Positions 1 to 14,900 of a stretch of 64,000 nt of DNA are shown in pieces. The DNA lies in contig NW_021833113.1 of NCBI RefSeq assembly GCF_006345805.1, forward strand, positions 1 to 64,000, read 5' to 3'. Position numbers and translations under genes: made by a program. The notes beneath the pieces were generated by a model. That model saw only the letters and a list, made by a program, of their open reading frames with translations, was not told where the DNA came from and did not search any database. Within the stretch, counting starts at the first letter, position 1. Each line of letters starts with the position of its first letter. The DNA comes from Octopus sinensis. Its lineage: Eukaryota.

Positions 1-9
1 GCATTGTAT

Positions 10-41
<32 letters not shown>

Positions 42-186
42 TATATGTATAGATATATGTATATTTACATGTATATAGATATTTATATATATATATATAT
101 TATATATTTATATATTTACATATATATATATATATTTATATATATTTACATATATATATATATATTATATATATTTACATATATAA

Positions 187-243
<57 letters not shown>

Positions 244-381
244 GTCATCTATGTATGTTGGTTGTACCTTTGACTCTTTCTGTATGCCTGCATAGTATAT
301 ATGTGTATAGTTGTGCTTCCATAGATTATGTTTGAGTGAGAGAGAGAGAGAGAGACTAACCTTTGCTCTTATCTGTTACAG

Positions 382-441
382 TGAAATTCCCGTAGAACCA
401 AACATTGAAGTCCAGTCTTTAGACAGGAACCAAGAAATACG
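382..441 (+). CDS. SLC38A9: SLC38A9 N-terminal exon ([20 protein letters not shown])
   Basis: ttacag acceptor, gtagga donor, 60 nt open, phase 2-2 matches next exon; little recognisable homology. Confidence 0.6.
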
Positions 442-671
442 GTAGGATATAATGGTCATCTATTTCTCATTCTCTTGTTTTCTCTCTTTTGGTTTATCTG
501 TCAAGACAAGCATACAAACACACATGGGTGTGTATGTAGGCATATTTATGGTAAGAAGCTTGCTTCCCAACTACATGGTTCCAGGTTCAGTCCCACTGCA
601 TGGCAGTCTAGGCAAGTGTTTTCTATTATATCTCCATGCTTGGTAGACGGAACTGAAAGAAGCCCATCATG

Positions 672-718
<47 letters not shown>

Positions 719-3700
719 AAGGCTTACTTAGAAGTGGATACGTGTGTTATATATAATAACAAAATAATAAATAAAACATAGCATATATACATACATATAT
801 CACCCGTGACCGACCAGGCCATCAGATGTTGTTACACATCGCTGGTCACAATGCGCTTCACATTGTTTTAGCCTTCAAATGACGCCACCCCACTGGCTAA
901 GCGAGCAGGCCAACAGAAGAAAGAGTGAGAGAAAGTTGTGGCGAAAGAGTACAGCAGGGACCACCACCACCCCCTGCCGGAGCCTCGTGGAGCTTTAGGT
1001 GTTTTCGCTCAATAAACACTCACAACGCCCGGTCTGGGAATCAAAACCGCGATCCTACGACCGCGAGTCCGCTGCCCTAACCACTAGGCCATTGCGCCTC
1101 CACACATACATTTATATACATACATATGTGTACGTACCTACCTCTACATGTATATATACACGCATATATAGGTACAGGACACCAAAAAAACGTCGAACAC
1201 AATGAGAAACGAAAACATAAACACAAAACCAAGGAAATGGACATTTTTCTTAAACAATGAAAAAATAGTAGCATGGAAGTTTTGAAGGATATATATATAT
1301 ATATATATGCGTGTGTGTGATTGTGTTTCTATGTTTGTCCCCCTAGCATTGCTTGACAACCGATGCTGGTGTGTTTACGTCCCCGTAACTTAGCGGTTTG
1401 GCAAAAGAGACCGATAGAATAAGTACTGGGCTTACAAAAGAATAAGTCCCGGGGTCGATTTGCTCGATTAAAGGCGGTGCTCCAGCATGGCCGCAGTCAA
1501 ATGACTGAAACGAGTAAAAGAGTAAAAGAGTATTAGTCAAATAAGGGGCTGGGTTTGAAATTCCAGCAGAACGCCTGATGAAGGGTGGAGAGTACATCCG
1601 CCGAAATATTGTGGTGACAAGAAACAAGGTGTGGACACCTGTCCATCAAATGTAATTAACTCTTTTTACTCTTTTACATGACTGCGGCCATGCTGGAGCA
1701 CCGCCTTTAGTCGAGCAAATCGACCCCGGGACTTATTTTTTTGTAAGCCCAGTACTTATTCTATCGGTCTCTTTTTGCCGAACCGCTAAGTGACGGGGAC
1801 ATAAACACACCAGCATCGGTTGTCAAGCAATGCTAGAGAGACAAACACAGACACACAAACACACACACGCATATATATATATATATATACATATATACAA
1901 CAGTCTTCTTTCAGTTTCCGTCTACCAAATCCACTCACAAGGCATTGGTCGGCCCGGGGCTATAGCAGAAGACACTTGCCCAAGATACCACACAGTGGGA
2001 CTGAACCCGGAACCATGTGGATGGTTAGCAAGCTACTTATCACACAGCCACTCTCTAAAATATAGAATTAACTTTTTTGAGTTTTCTTTTCCTTCCAGTT
2101 CGAAGCCACCAAAGTTACTCATCACCGCATCTCCTGAGTCTACCAGTAACTCAGCAGATCAAGTTAGAAGGGTCAGGTGAGTAGTCTTCTGAACCTTTTT
2201 CTTTCCGTCTTTGGTGCTGTTTAGCCCATGGTCAGTCCTGGTTCAACAGACACAACATCAAAGACGTTCCACCTGTGGCCTTGCTGATTTTTCTTCAGGC
2301 ATTGTGTATCTAGGACTGCATTATCTAATGTGTCTTTCTCTGTTGTTGTTGCTGTTTAACCCTAGGTCAGTCCTGATCCAGCAGACCTATGATCAAAGAT
2401 TTTCCAGCTGTGACCATCCTGTCTCTTATTCAGACGTAGTGTATCTAGGACTACATGATTTGATGTGGTTGTTTAGAGTCAAGTCGGTCCAGATCCAGTA
2501 AACGAATGATCAAAGCTGTTCCATCCGTGACCATCCTGTCTTTTACTCAAACATAGTATATCTACAACTACAATTATCTAATGTGTGCTTCCTTGTTGTT
2601 TAGCCCAAGGTCAGTTCTGATCGAGTAGACATATGACCAAAGATGTTCCAGCTGTGACCATCCTGTCTTTTATTCAGACATAGTGTATCTAGGATTACAT
2701 TGTTTAATGTGTCCTTCCTTGTTGTTTAGCCACAGGTCATTCCTGATCAAGCAGACCTGTGATCAAAAAGGTTCCAGTTATGACCATCCTGCTTTTTATT
2801 CTGACACTAGCACCACAACTATTGCCACTACCGCCACTTCTACCTTCATCACCTCCACCACCTTTGCCGCAACCACCACTAGCACTACCTTCGCCACCAC
2901 CACCACCACCACCTTTGCCGCAACCACCACTAGCACTACCTTCGCCACCACCACCACCACCACCTTTGCCGCAACCACCACTAGCACTACCTTCGCCACC
3001 ACCACCACCACCACCTTCGCCGCAACCACCACTAGCACTACCTTCGCCACCACCACCACCACCACCACCACCACCTTCGCCGCAACCACCACTAGCACTA
3101 CCTTCGCCACCACCACCACCACCACCTTCGCCGCAACCACCACTAGCACTACCTTCGCCACCACCACCACCACCACCTTTGCCGCAACCACCACTAGCAC
3201 TACCTTCGCCACCACCACCACCACCACCTTCGCCGCAACCACCACTAGCACTACCTTCGCCACCACCACCACCACCACCTTTGCCGCAACCACCACTAGC
3301 ACTACCTTCGCCACCACCACCACCACCACCTTCGCCGCAACCACCACTAGCACTACCTTCGCCACACACACCACCACCACCAACCACCTTCGCCGCAACC
3401 ACCACTAGCACTACCTTCGCCCACCCCCCCCCCCCACCACCACCTTCGCCGCAACCACCACTAGCACTACCTTCGCCACACCACCACCACCACCTTGCCG
3501 CAACCACCACTAGCACTACCTTCGCACACCACCACCACCACCACCACCCCCACCTTCGCCGCAACCACCACTAGCACTACCTTCGCCACCACCACACCAC
3601 CCACCTTCGCCGCAACCACCACTAGCACTACCTTCGCCACCACCACCACCACCACCTTCGCCGCAACCACCACTAGCACTACCTTCGCCACCACCACCAC

Positions 3701-6700
3701 CACCACCACCACCACCTTTGCCGCTACCACCACCTTCGCCACCACCACCACCTCAGCCACCACCACCACCTTCGCCACCATCACCTTCGCCACCAACACC
3801 ACTTTCGCCACCACCACCACCACCTTCGCCACCATCACCACCTTCGCCACCACCACCACCACTTTCGCCGCCTTCGCCACCACCACCACCTTCGCCACCA
3901 CCACCACCTTCGCACCGCCGCCAGCACCTTCACCGCTGCCACCTTCGCACCGCCGCCAGCACCTTCGCCGCTGCCACCTTCGCCTCCACCACCACCTTCG
4001 CCACCACCACCACCTTCGCCACCATCACCTTCGCCACCAACACCACTTTCGCCACCACCACCACCACTTTCGCCGCCGCCGCCACCACCACCACCTTCGC
4101 ACCGCCGCCAGCACCTTCGCCGCTGCCACCTTCGCCTCCACCACCACCTTCGCCACCACCACCACCTTCATCGCCTCTACCATATTCTTTGTTCCAGGAA
4201 CCCAGTCCAGTTCCACAATTATATCCAACATGTTGACAGTGACCCGGCTGTGTGTGCTGCCATCAGTCGTTATAAATATTACAAATACCTGGAGAAGATC
4301 AATGCTAACCAATCAGATGAACCAACCAGTCCATTGATCTTTGTAAGTTGTCTAATTATTATTGATCAATTAATTGATTAACTGAGTCTTTGATTTTAAT
4401 TAGCTTCAACAAATATTTAAGCAAAGCAAAAGTATGGTTGCCCTTGCATATATATTTCTTTATTGCCCACAGGGGACAACACACAGAGGGGACAAACAAG
4501 GACCCTGAGAACTATGTTAAGGGTACATGTGTCTGTGGAGCGCTCAGCCACTTGCATCATTGACCATATCAGCTGGGGCCTTCATCTTCATATGTTTCTT
4601 TACTACCCACAAGGGGCTAAACACTGAGGGGACAAACAACGACAGACAAACGGATTAGGCCGATTATATCGACCCCAGTGTGCAACTGGTACTTAATTTA
4701 TCAACCCCGAAAGGATGAAAGGCAAAGTCGACCTCGGCGGAATTTGAACTCAGAACGTAACGGCAAGCAAAATACCTAATTCTTTACTACCCACAAAGGG
4801 CTAAACACAGAGGGGACAAACAAGGACAGACAAACAGATTAAATTGGTTATAGCGACCCCAGTGCGTAACTGGTACTTATTTAATCAACTCCGAAAGGAT
4901 GAAAGGCAAAGTCGACCTCGGCGGAATTTGAACTCAGAACGTATCGGTAGAAGAAATATTGCTAAGAATTTTGCCCGGTGTGCTAATAATTCTGCCATGC
5001 TCATTGCCCTTGCATATATGTTCATCCCCTGTTGAGCATCCCTAATTTTACAGACTCAGAGGTGCCATGCTGGTGTTGTGCAAAAGCACCCAGTACACTC
5101 TGTAAAGTGGTTGGGGTTAGGAAGGGCATCCAGCCATAGAAACCCTGGAGTTGTCCCTATTGTGGGTGTGTGTGTGTGTCAATGTCTGGGGTTGTCCCTA
5201 TGTGTGTGTGTGTGTCAATGTCTGGGGTTGTCCCTGTGTGTGTGTGTGTCAATGTCTGGGGTTGTCCCTATGTGTGTGTGTGTCACAATGTCTGGGGTTG
5301 TCCCTATGTGTGTGTGTGTGTGTGTGTGTCTCAATGTCTGGGGTCATCCCTGTGTGTTGTTTTTACTGTCCAATATGTCGTGGTTTCTGCAAAGGCAGGG
5401 AACTGCCATCTTCATTGACCCATGGAGGCTGAACACTCAGCCACGTTTCATCTCTGATATCAAACATTCTGATTTCAAGTTCCTCTCAGATCTGCTTTGC
5501 TCTTCATCCTTTCACAATTGATAAATTAAGTACCAGTTATGCACCAGGGGTCAATGTAATTGACTTACTCGCAAGCCCAGTCTTGCTGGCCTTGTGCTAA
5601 AATCTGAAGCCATGATATCAGTGTTGTTGTTTAACCCCAGGTAATTTCCAATCCAGAAGACCTATTATAAAAACACTTCCAGCCATGAAACTCCCTTTTT
5701 TACTGAACATTTAAAGGTACCATTTGAGAAGAGGGTTATTTAGCTGCTATTTCTAGCACCTAGATGTTCCCCTTTTGCTGCTGTTAATTATGTTGTTCTT
5801 GTTGTTGTTACATCCAGACAATGCCGGATCATGTCGTGCCCCCGCAGTTCATCACAATCGTCTCCATCTCGAACAAGATTGAATCCAAACAAGGAAGCCT
5901 AGTCACCATGTAAGTGATTCTCTTTCAAATAAACATCCCCACATGGGGCGAGGGGGGGGCAGGATTGGCCATGGGACTGTGGTAAGAAGTTTGCTTCCCA
6001 ACCACATTGTTGCGGGTTCAGTCCTACTGCATGGCACCTCGTGCAATTGTCTTTTACTAATACCCTGGGCCAAACCAAAAATCTTCCCTTCTCTCCCACT
6101 CACAAAGTTGGCCCGGGGCTATAGTAGAGAACCCTTGCCCAAGGTGCTATGCAGTGGGACTGAACCTAGACATTGACACACACACACACAGGGACAACCC
6201 CAGACATTGAGACACACACACACAGGGACAACCCCATATATTGAGACACACACACCACACACACACACACACAGGGACAACCCCATACATTGACATGTGG
6301 TTGGCAAGCAAACTTCTTACCACAGTCAGGCTGCACCTTTATATACAATAATCCCTTGCCATATTGCAGTCCACCTGTCACGGTTCACCTATCACAGTTT
6401 ATTATTCAAGTTTCCACTGATTCCTCCGTGGTGTTGTTTTGCATTTATAATAAAATAAATACAAATTATAAAAATAATTTCAAAAAAATATACAGTACTG
6501 TTTCTACTTTGTGGGTTTTCACCAATCGCAGGGGGTTTTGGAACATAACACCTGCAATAGTCAAGAGGTTATGAATATAAACAACTACCAGTATCGCCTG
6601 GCGTTGCTCGGGTTTGTAAGGGAAATAACTATATAAGCATTTTTAGTGAGTTACTTCCCTTATATAATAGCAAAAAAAAATGCATTAAAAATGGGAAAAA

Positions 6701-7666
6701 ATTATGGTAAATATTTTTTTAAATCGTAGACTCATTGTAGATGCGCACTAATACCCAGAAGGGCTCGATATGAATCATGACTATAAGATACTGGTTAAAC
6801 TGGTTAAACTTGGTTAAACTGGTTAAATTTGGTTAAACTTGGTTAAATTTGGTTAAACTGCACCGCAAAATGTGGGAGTAGTTAGGAATCTAAATCGTAG
6901 GAGACAGACACACAACTTCTCTTTTATATATAAAGATGAGTTTTTGAATGAAACTTTGTGTCTTGACAATACCATACATACCCTCATGAAACACATGGAG
7001 TCTGTAATATGGAAAATTTGGGGATTATGAATAGAAATAGTAAGTATATTATTTAACATTTTATGGCTTGGTTGAGTTAATATCGTTTGGAGTTGATGAA
7101 GTTGTGGGTGTTTCTATCATCATTATCATCATCATCATCGTTTAACGTCCACTTTCCAAGCTAGCATGGGTTGGATGATTGACTGAGGGCTGGCGAACCA
7201 GATGGCTGCACCAGGCTCCAATCTTGATCTGGCAGTTTCTACAGCTGGATGCCCTTCCTAATGCCAACCACTCTGGGAGTGTAGTGGGTGCTTTTACACT
7301 CACAAATACATACACACACACACACACACATGCATATATATATATATGTCGAAGAGCGTAGGCTCGAAACGTAAAAGACTTGTTTTATTTCTATTCCTGA
7401 GCGCTATACTAATACATTTGTTTGTTTGTACTCCACCTGCCTTCGTCTTTTGTTTATTTTCATATATATATATAATGTGACCGCGTGTGTACCGTTGGCG
7501 ATTTTTTTTTCCTCACTGGATCTTTCCTTCTCCTATGTTTCCGACGAAGAGCTCCGCTCGAAACGTTAAACCCTCCGTCTTCCCTTCTTTCCTGAGCGTC
7601 CAATAATACTATATTTCTTCCACGTCCTCGTGTTGTTGTGTTTTTTGTGTTTTCTTGTTTGGATTA

Positions 7667-7710
<44 letters not shown>

Positions 7711-8566
7711 GCTTCTTCCAGTTTCCATTTACCTAATCCACTCACAAGGCTCTGGTTGGCCTGAGGTTATAGTAGAAGACACTTGCCCAAGGTACCATGC
7801 AGTGGGACTGAACCCAGAACCATGTGGTTAGAAAGCAAGCCTCTTACCACACAGCCACACCTGTGCCTATATATGTGCATATATATATTCTATACCACAT
7901 TAATGCCACCACTACTATCACCTGACTGCCATCACCACCACAACTAGTGCCCATACCACCACATACCTCTACTGGTACCTGTACTACACCATTCCTTTCT
8001 GACCCCTTTTCTCTTTCTTTGTCCAGATTCTCCCTGTGGAACACTATGATGGGGACCTCCATACTCAGCATTCCATGGGCCCTTAAAATGGTAAGTACCC
8101 CTTTTGTATACCTGTTTCCGCCCTAACAAACCATAGTCTCTCCTTGGTGGCATGATTTGCTAGAAATAGGAGCCAGACAACAGCAACAAAGCAGGACACA
8201 ATAGATAATGTAGCCCTATATACACTATGAATAAATGACAGGATGGTCACAGCTGGATCATTGCTGATTATAAGTCTGCTGACCTGGGGCTAAACAGCAA
8301 CAAGGACGGACGCAGTAGATAATGTAGTCCTAGATACACTGTGAATAAATGACAGGATGGTCACAGCTGGATCATTGCTGATTATAAGTCTGCTGACCTG
8401 GGGCTAAACAGCAACAAGGACGGACGCAGTAGATAATGTAGTCCTAGATACACTATGTCTGAATAAAAGACAGGAAAAAAATAGAGATATGTACGGTGGT
8501 GGGGCAATATAATAAAGCAAACCTTTTGTAACAGTTCTACTGGGCACTCTATTCCAATTTCCTTTA

Positions 8567-8615
<49 letters not shown>

Positions 8616-8709
8616 GTTATTATTATTATTGTTATTATTATTATTGTTATTATTATTATTGTTATTATTATTATTGTTATTATTATTGTTGTTATTATTG
8701 TTGTTATTA

Positions 8710-8744
<35 letters not shown>

Positions 8745-10568
8745 GTTATTATTATTGTTATTATTATTATTGTTATTATTATTATTATTATTATTGTTAT
8801 TATTAAGGTGGCAAGCTGGCAGAATTGTTAAAATGCCAGGCAAAATGCTTAGCAGCGTTTCGTCTGTCGCTATATTCTGAGTTCAAATTCCACCATGGTC
8901 GACTTTGCCTTTCATCCTTTTGGGGTTCGATAAATTAGGTACCAGTTGCGCACTGGGGTCGATCTAATCAGCTGCCCCCCCCCCTTCCCCCAAAATTTCA
9001 AGCCTTGTGCCAATAGTAGAGAAGATTATTAATATTATAACTATTCAGGCGGTGAACTGGCAGAATCGTTAGCACACCAGGCGAAATACCAATAAATTAA
9101 GTACCAGTTGCGTACTGGGGTCGATTTAATCAGCTGCCCCCCTCCCCAAAAATTTCAAGCCTTGTGCCAATAGTAGAGAAGATTATTAATATTATAACTA
9201 TTCAGGCGGTGAACTGGCAGAATCGTTAGCACACCAGGCGAAATACCAATAAATTAGGTACCAGTTGCGTACTGGGGGTCTATCTAATCAGCTGGTTCCC
9301 CCCCTCTCCCCAAAAATTTCAAGCCTTGTGCCAATAGTAGAGAAGATTATTAATATTATAACTATTCAGGCGGTGAACTGGCAGAATCGTTAGCACACCA
9401 GGCGAAATACCAATAAATTAGGTACCAGTTTCGTACTGGGGTCGATATTGTTTTTATGTTTGTTCCTGTTGCAGGCTGGTTTTGCCAATGGTGTTGCCCT
9501 CCTGATCCTCATGGCTGCCCTCATGTGTTACTCTGCTTACCGGATCATCAGCATTACACACGGCATGGGTGAGTACTTCGTTACTACTCCTTGTTTTCAT
9601 GTTCGTTGTTGCTGTGGCGGGGGGCGCGGGGTGGGGGGGGCTTCAGCAGAGTCTTGTAGCGGTGGCGGTGGTGGAAGGTTGAGTGGAGACTGAATGGAGA
9701 TGTGGTGGTGCTGAGTGGAGTGTAGGTGGTGATTGTCAGAGAAAAGAGTGAGGCCTGAGGAAGTGGGGGTAAGGACCAAATAAGTTGAGTGAGTGGAAGT
9801 GAGGACTCGATCTCAGTGAGTGGGAGTGAGCACTGAATGAGTGAAGATAACGACTAACTTATTGGAAATGAGGGTGGAGTGAGTGGAGGTAAGGATCAAA
9901 TGAGTGAAGGTGAAGACTGAATAAGTGAAGGCAAGAACTGTGAGTGGAGTCTACAAATCAGTGAATTGAGGTAAGGACTCAGTGAGTGGAGTTGAGGACT
10001 GAGGGAGTGGAGGTGTGTGGTTGAGTGGAGTGTGGAGTGATGATATCTGACTGTCAGCTGTGTTGATGTTTAGAGGTTATTGTTCTAGTGTTACAAGAGT
10101 GAAGTGTTGTGATTTTGGGGGTGGTGGCCACTGTTGGATCAAAATGTGGCATGAAACTTTTTGGAAAAAAAAATGAAAATTATACAAAAGTTGCCTAAAA
10201 ATTATTTGAGAAACTGTTTTCATTTGACATTTTTAAAAATTTTATTTTTTGTTATTTTTTTTTCAGAAGCAAAATTATCTTTGTCAGAAGGTTTACCTTT
10301 GGGTATGTAAATCACCCTGATTGTATACATCAAGCTGCTATATATATATATATATATACAAACATGCATACACACACACATGCAAATGCAAACATATATA
10401 CCTGAGTGTGTATACATAAGTGCAAAAGAAAATCGAGAAAATAGTACTCAAATACCAAAGACAGAGTAATATACTTCTTATTAAAACTGCAAAATTATCA
10501 CATAACTGTTACTCGGTTTTCATCACAGCTGTCCGGCAAACAGGAATGTAAAAAGTGCACACACATGC

Positions 10569-10612
<44 letters not shown>

Positions 10613-11948
10613 GGATCTTTTCCTTTTCAATGGCAGATTGAGAAATTAATTTTTTTGTAACTAAACACTTTCAAATTTCGGACACTGGTAGAATGTGTTA
10701 TATAAATCATCTTTTACTCTTAGTGTTGTTGAGAAAAGTTTCTATTTTCAAAGTTATTTCGTGTTGAAGTTGTCGTATTTTGGTAATTTCAACCAATCAA
10801 TGACGTGTATTCAGCTGAATAAAATTACTGCTGTTGTTTGTCCACTACAACGTCCGGCTATGCACCTAATCTCAAGTCCATAGTGCCATGCAAGTGACCC
10901 CACAAAATGCAGATAAGTGGTAGCTCAATCTTGAAAGATTCTTTGATCTCTGATATATACCGAATCATTTTCTGCCAAAAATTGGTAAGGTGGGATTGAG
11001 AATTGATGTTGCAAAGACTGAGACATTTGTTCTCTGAAGGAAGTCTTCCCAGTGAACTCTACGAATAAGCAGAACCTTACAGAGAGCAGGAGTTGAAAAG
11101 TCTGACTCTTTAACCTTCAGAATATTCTATCAAATGTATTAATTTATTCCCCCATTGATTCGAATTAATCCTGCAATATCTTGTAGCTTTGAGACTTCAA
11201 TTTGGGGATTGTGATGGGTTAGAGCTGGCTGGTCTGAGCATAAGATAGAATATTTGGGCTGTCTAGTTTACTTATTTATTCCACATTGTTTCAAATTAAT
11301 CTTGCAATATCTCGTAGCTTTGAGATTCCAATTTGGGGATTGTTTACTTCTAGTATGACATTATTGGGTAGGTGTGAGAGGCTGGATCTGGCCAGTCTGA
11401 ACAGAAAACAAATGCAATATTTTGGCCAGATTAAATGCTAAAGGGTTAAGTATATTGGGCCTGTATTCTCGAGTGAGGAGAAACAGAAGGCTGGATTGCG
11501 TGCTAGAACTGCAGGGGCTGGGGGTGCAGTAGTGCACCAGCTACTATAGGGCTCAGAAACCTGGACGTTATCAAAGAAGCCTGAGAGGCGGTTGGATGGA
11601 ACCTACACTCGCCTCCTTATCAGAGCTCAAAATCTCTCGTGGAAGCGCCATCCAACCAAAATGCAAATATATGGGAAACTACCACCTGTGTCATCTCTTG
11701 TGAAAGGTAGGAGAGTCCAGTTTGTTGGATATATTTGTAGAGCTGAAAACGAGGTAATTTCTACTCTTCTCCTCTGGAAGTCATCTACTTGCAATACCAG
11801 AGGGCGCACACTCTCCTACCCTGATGTAATCTCCAGGGATACAGGCATCCAGCAACAGGACCTCCGTAATGCCATGATGGACCGTGAAGTCTGGCGTAGC
11901 ATGGTAAATTCCATTGTCTCGACCATGGTCAAACAATGATGATGATGA

Positions 11949-11989
<41 letters not shown>

Positions 11990-14900
11990 CATATCATCTC
12001 TTGTGAAGGTAGGAGAGTCCAGTTTGTTGGATATATTTGTAGAGCTGAAAACGAGGTAATTTCTACTCTTCTCCTCTGGAAGTCATCTACTTGCAATACC
12101 AGAGGGCGCACACTCTCCTACCCTGATGTAATCTCCAGGGATACAGGCATCCAGCAACAGGACCTCCGTAATGCCATGATGGACCGTGAAGTCTGGCGTA
12201 GCATGGTAAATTCCATTGTCTCGACCATGGTCAAACAATGATGATGATGATGATATATATATAAATATATACATACATATCATCTCTTGTGAAAGGTAGG
12301 AGAGTCCAGTTTGCTGGACATTGTTGTAGAGCTGAAAACAAGGCAATTTCTACTCTTCTCCTCTGGAAGCCATCTACTCACAGTACCAGAGGGTGCATGC
12401 TCTCCTACCCTGATGTAATCTTCAGGGATACAGGCATCCAGCAACAGGACCTCCGTAATGCCATGATGGACCGTGAAGTCTGGCGTAGCATGGTAAATTC
12501 CATTGTCTCGAGCTTCCCTCTGCATAAAGAGAGAGGTGGACAAGCAGAAGTACAGAGTCTTGTCGAAGGTATGGCTACCTCTGTAGTGTTGGTGTCATAC
12601 AAAATACAACTGTTGTACTCTGTAAAGTGTGAGGTTATGAGGACCTTTTAGTGATACCTCATTAGTGCTGGTGCTACATGGAAAGTACGTCCTGTACACC
12701 CTGTAAAGTGGTTGGCATTAGGCAGGGCATCCGGCCATAGAAACCAAACATTGGACATGAGTGAGGTGCAGCCCCATAACCCATCTAGGTGACTGGTGCC
12801 CCCTGAATATGTGCTAATTCTGTCACTAACCATCCAACCCAAGCCTGGATGGAAAGGACACGAAACAATGATGCTATTATAAGTATGGAATGTATGATTC
12901 TTTAATTTTATCAATGATTATTAAGACCATTCTGGAACTCATCTTCTGTGCTAGATGTTCTACAAAGCTTTACATTTGGGAGTTTCCTCACTTCCTTCAA
13001 AATGAATGTAATCAAGGTTAGCAATCTTTTTGTGATATCATACATTTCAAGATTGGCTGGTTGATGCCTTTACCCTCCACACACACACAGAAACACATGC
13101 ACACACACACACACACACAGAAACACATGCACACATGCATGTACACACACACACACGCACACACACACACACAGAAACACATGCACACATGCATGTACAC
13201 ACACGCACAGAAACACATGCACACATGCATGTACACACACGCACACACACACACACAGAAACACATGCACACATGCATGTACACACACACGCACACACAC
13301 ACACACACACAGAAACACATGCACACATGCATGTACACACACACGCACACACACAGAAACACATGCACACACACACACACACATAAATACACTCACACAC
13401 ACACATATATATATATGCAGCTAGTTGTATAAAGAATGTAGGCACATTCGTACTTTGTATGAAATTTGCATGCTTCTGCACTGCAACAAATCTTTCACAA
13501 TTTGGTGTTGTTGTTTCTCAGCAAAACCATCTCTTTAATTAAGGTGGTGGCCTTCCACTCTGAAGGATTGTCTTCTTTTCTTTAGCATTGCTTCATCTAT
13601 GCATATACCTATGTATCTATCTGTGTCTGTCTACATGTCTATAGGTATACATAACTTATACTATTATATATACATGTATATGTGGGTATGCATCTATTTG
13701 TATGTGTATACCTTTGTATGATAGTATTTATCTTTTTTTTATATATGGATTTTTGTGTGTGTATATGTATACACAAATGTGTTTGTGTGTATGTATGTAT
13801 ATATATATATATATATACACACATGTGTTTGTGTGTATGTATATATATATATATATGTATTGGAGATGAATACAAACCTTCCTATGTGATGGCATTGAAA
13901 ATTGTAGTGATCCTCTAACATGAAACCATTGGTAGTCTTGATGCTCCACAAATAAAGGAAATTTATCCACCAAAGTAGCATTGAGCACTTATTCTTACTG
14001 TTTAATAAGAGAGAGAGAGAGAGAGTGTGTATATATATATAGGTAAAAACAGTAAGATAACAAAAGAGAGAAAGAGACCTCGATATTATGTAAATAGAGG
14101 AATTTATCTGTAAACATAATATGTGACAATTATTCGGTAGCCATGATAAAACTCCAAGTTTCGGATGTCGGGGCGGAAACCCACGCCGGCATCTCTTCAG
14201 TTATCGGGCCATTTTTCCAATGGCCCGATATACACACATATAGGATTAATTAATAGTGGGAGATGGATTTCATATTACACGTTTATTAGGTACAGCATAT
14301 GTTTTGACCCACTATACTTATTTTTCCAAATTATTTGGCACATAAAAAGCACCATCTGAGTGTGGCCATTGCCAGTACTGCCTGACTTCCCCTCGTGCCA
14401 GTGGCACATAAAAGCGCCCACTACATTTTCGGAGTGGTTGGCGTTAGGAAGGGCATCCAGCTGTAGAAACTCTGCCAGATCAAGATTGGGGCCTGGTGCA
14501 GCCATCTGGTTCGTCAGCCCTCAGTCAAATCGTCCAACTCATGCTAGCATGGAAAGCAGGCGTTAAATAATTGATGATGATATATATATATATATATATA
14601 TATATATCATCATCATCATCATCATCATTTAGCGTCCGTTCTCCATGCTAGCATGGGTTGGACGGTTCAACTGGGGTCTGTGAAGCTGGAAGGCTTCATC
14701 AGGCCCAGTCAGATCTGGCAGTGTTTCTACGGCTGGATGCCCTTCCTAACGCCAACCACTCCGTGAGTGTAGTGGGTGCTTTTTATGTGCCACCTGCACA
14801 GGTGCCAGACAGAGCTGGCAAACGGCCACGAACGGATGGTGCTTTTACGTGTCACCGGCACGGGGGCCAGGCGAGGCTGGCAACGGACACGAACGGATGG

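Noticed and set aside
2683-4337. Long Thr-rich (mucin-like) and Pro-rich (extensin/formin-like) ORFs
   Set aside because: Products of a triplet-based minisatellite, open in several frames on both strands, with frameshifts, inside a SLC38A9 intron.
5398-5520. Extra SLC38A9 exon after ggcag
   Set aside because: Flanking exons already join in phase; no homology and no convincing donor.
8382-8880. Poly-Asn / poly-Leu ORFs
   Set aside because: (ATT)n microsatellite; the adjacent [15 protein letters not shown] may be a tiny LINE remnant but is too short to call.
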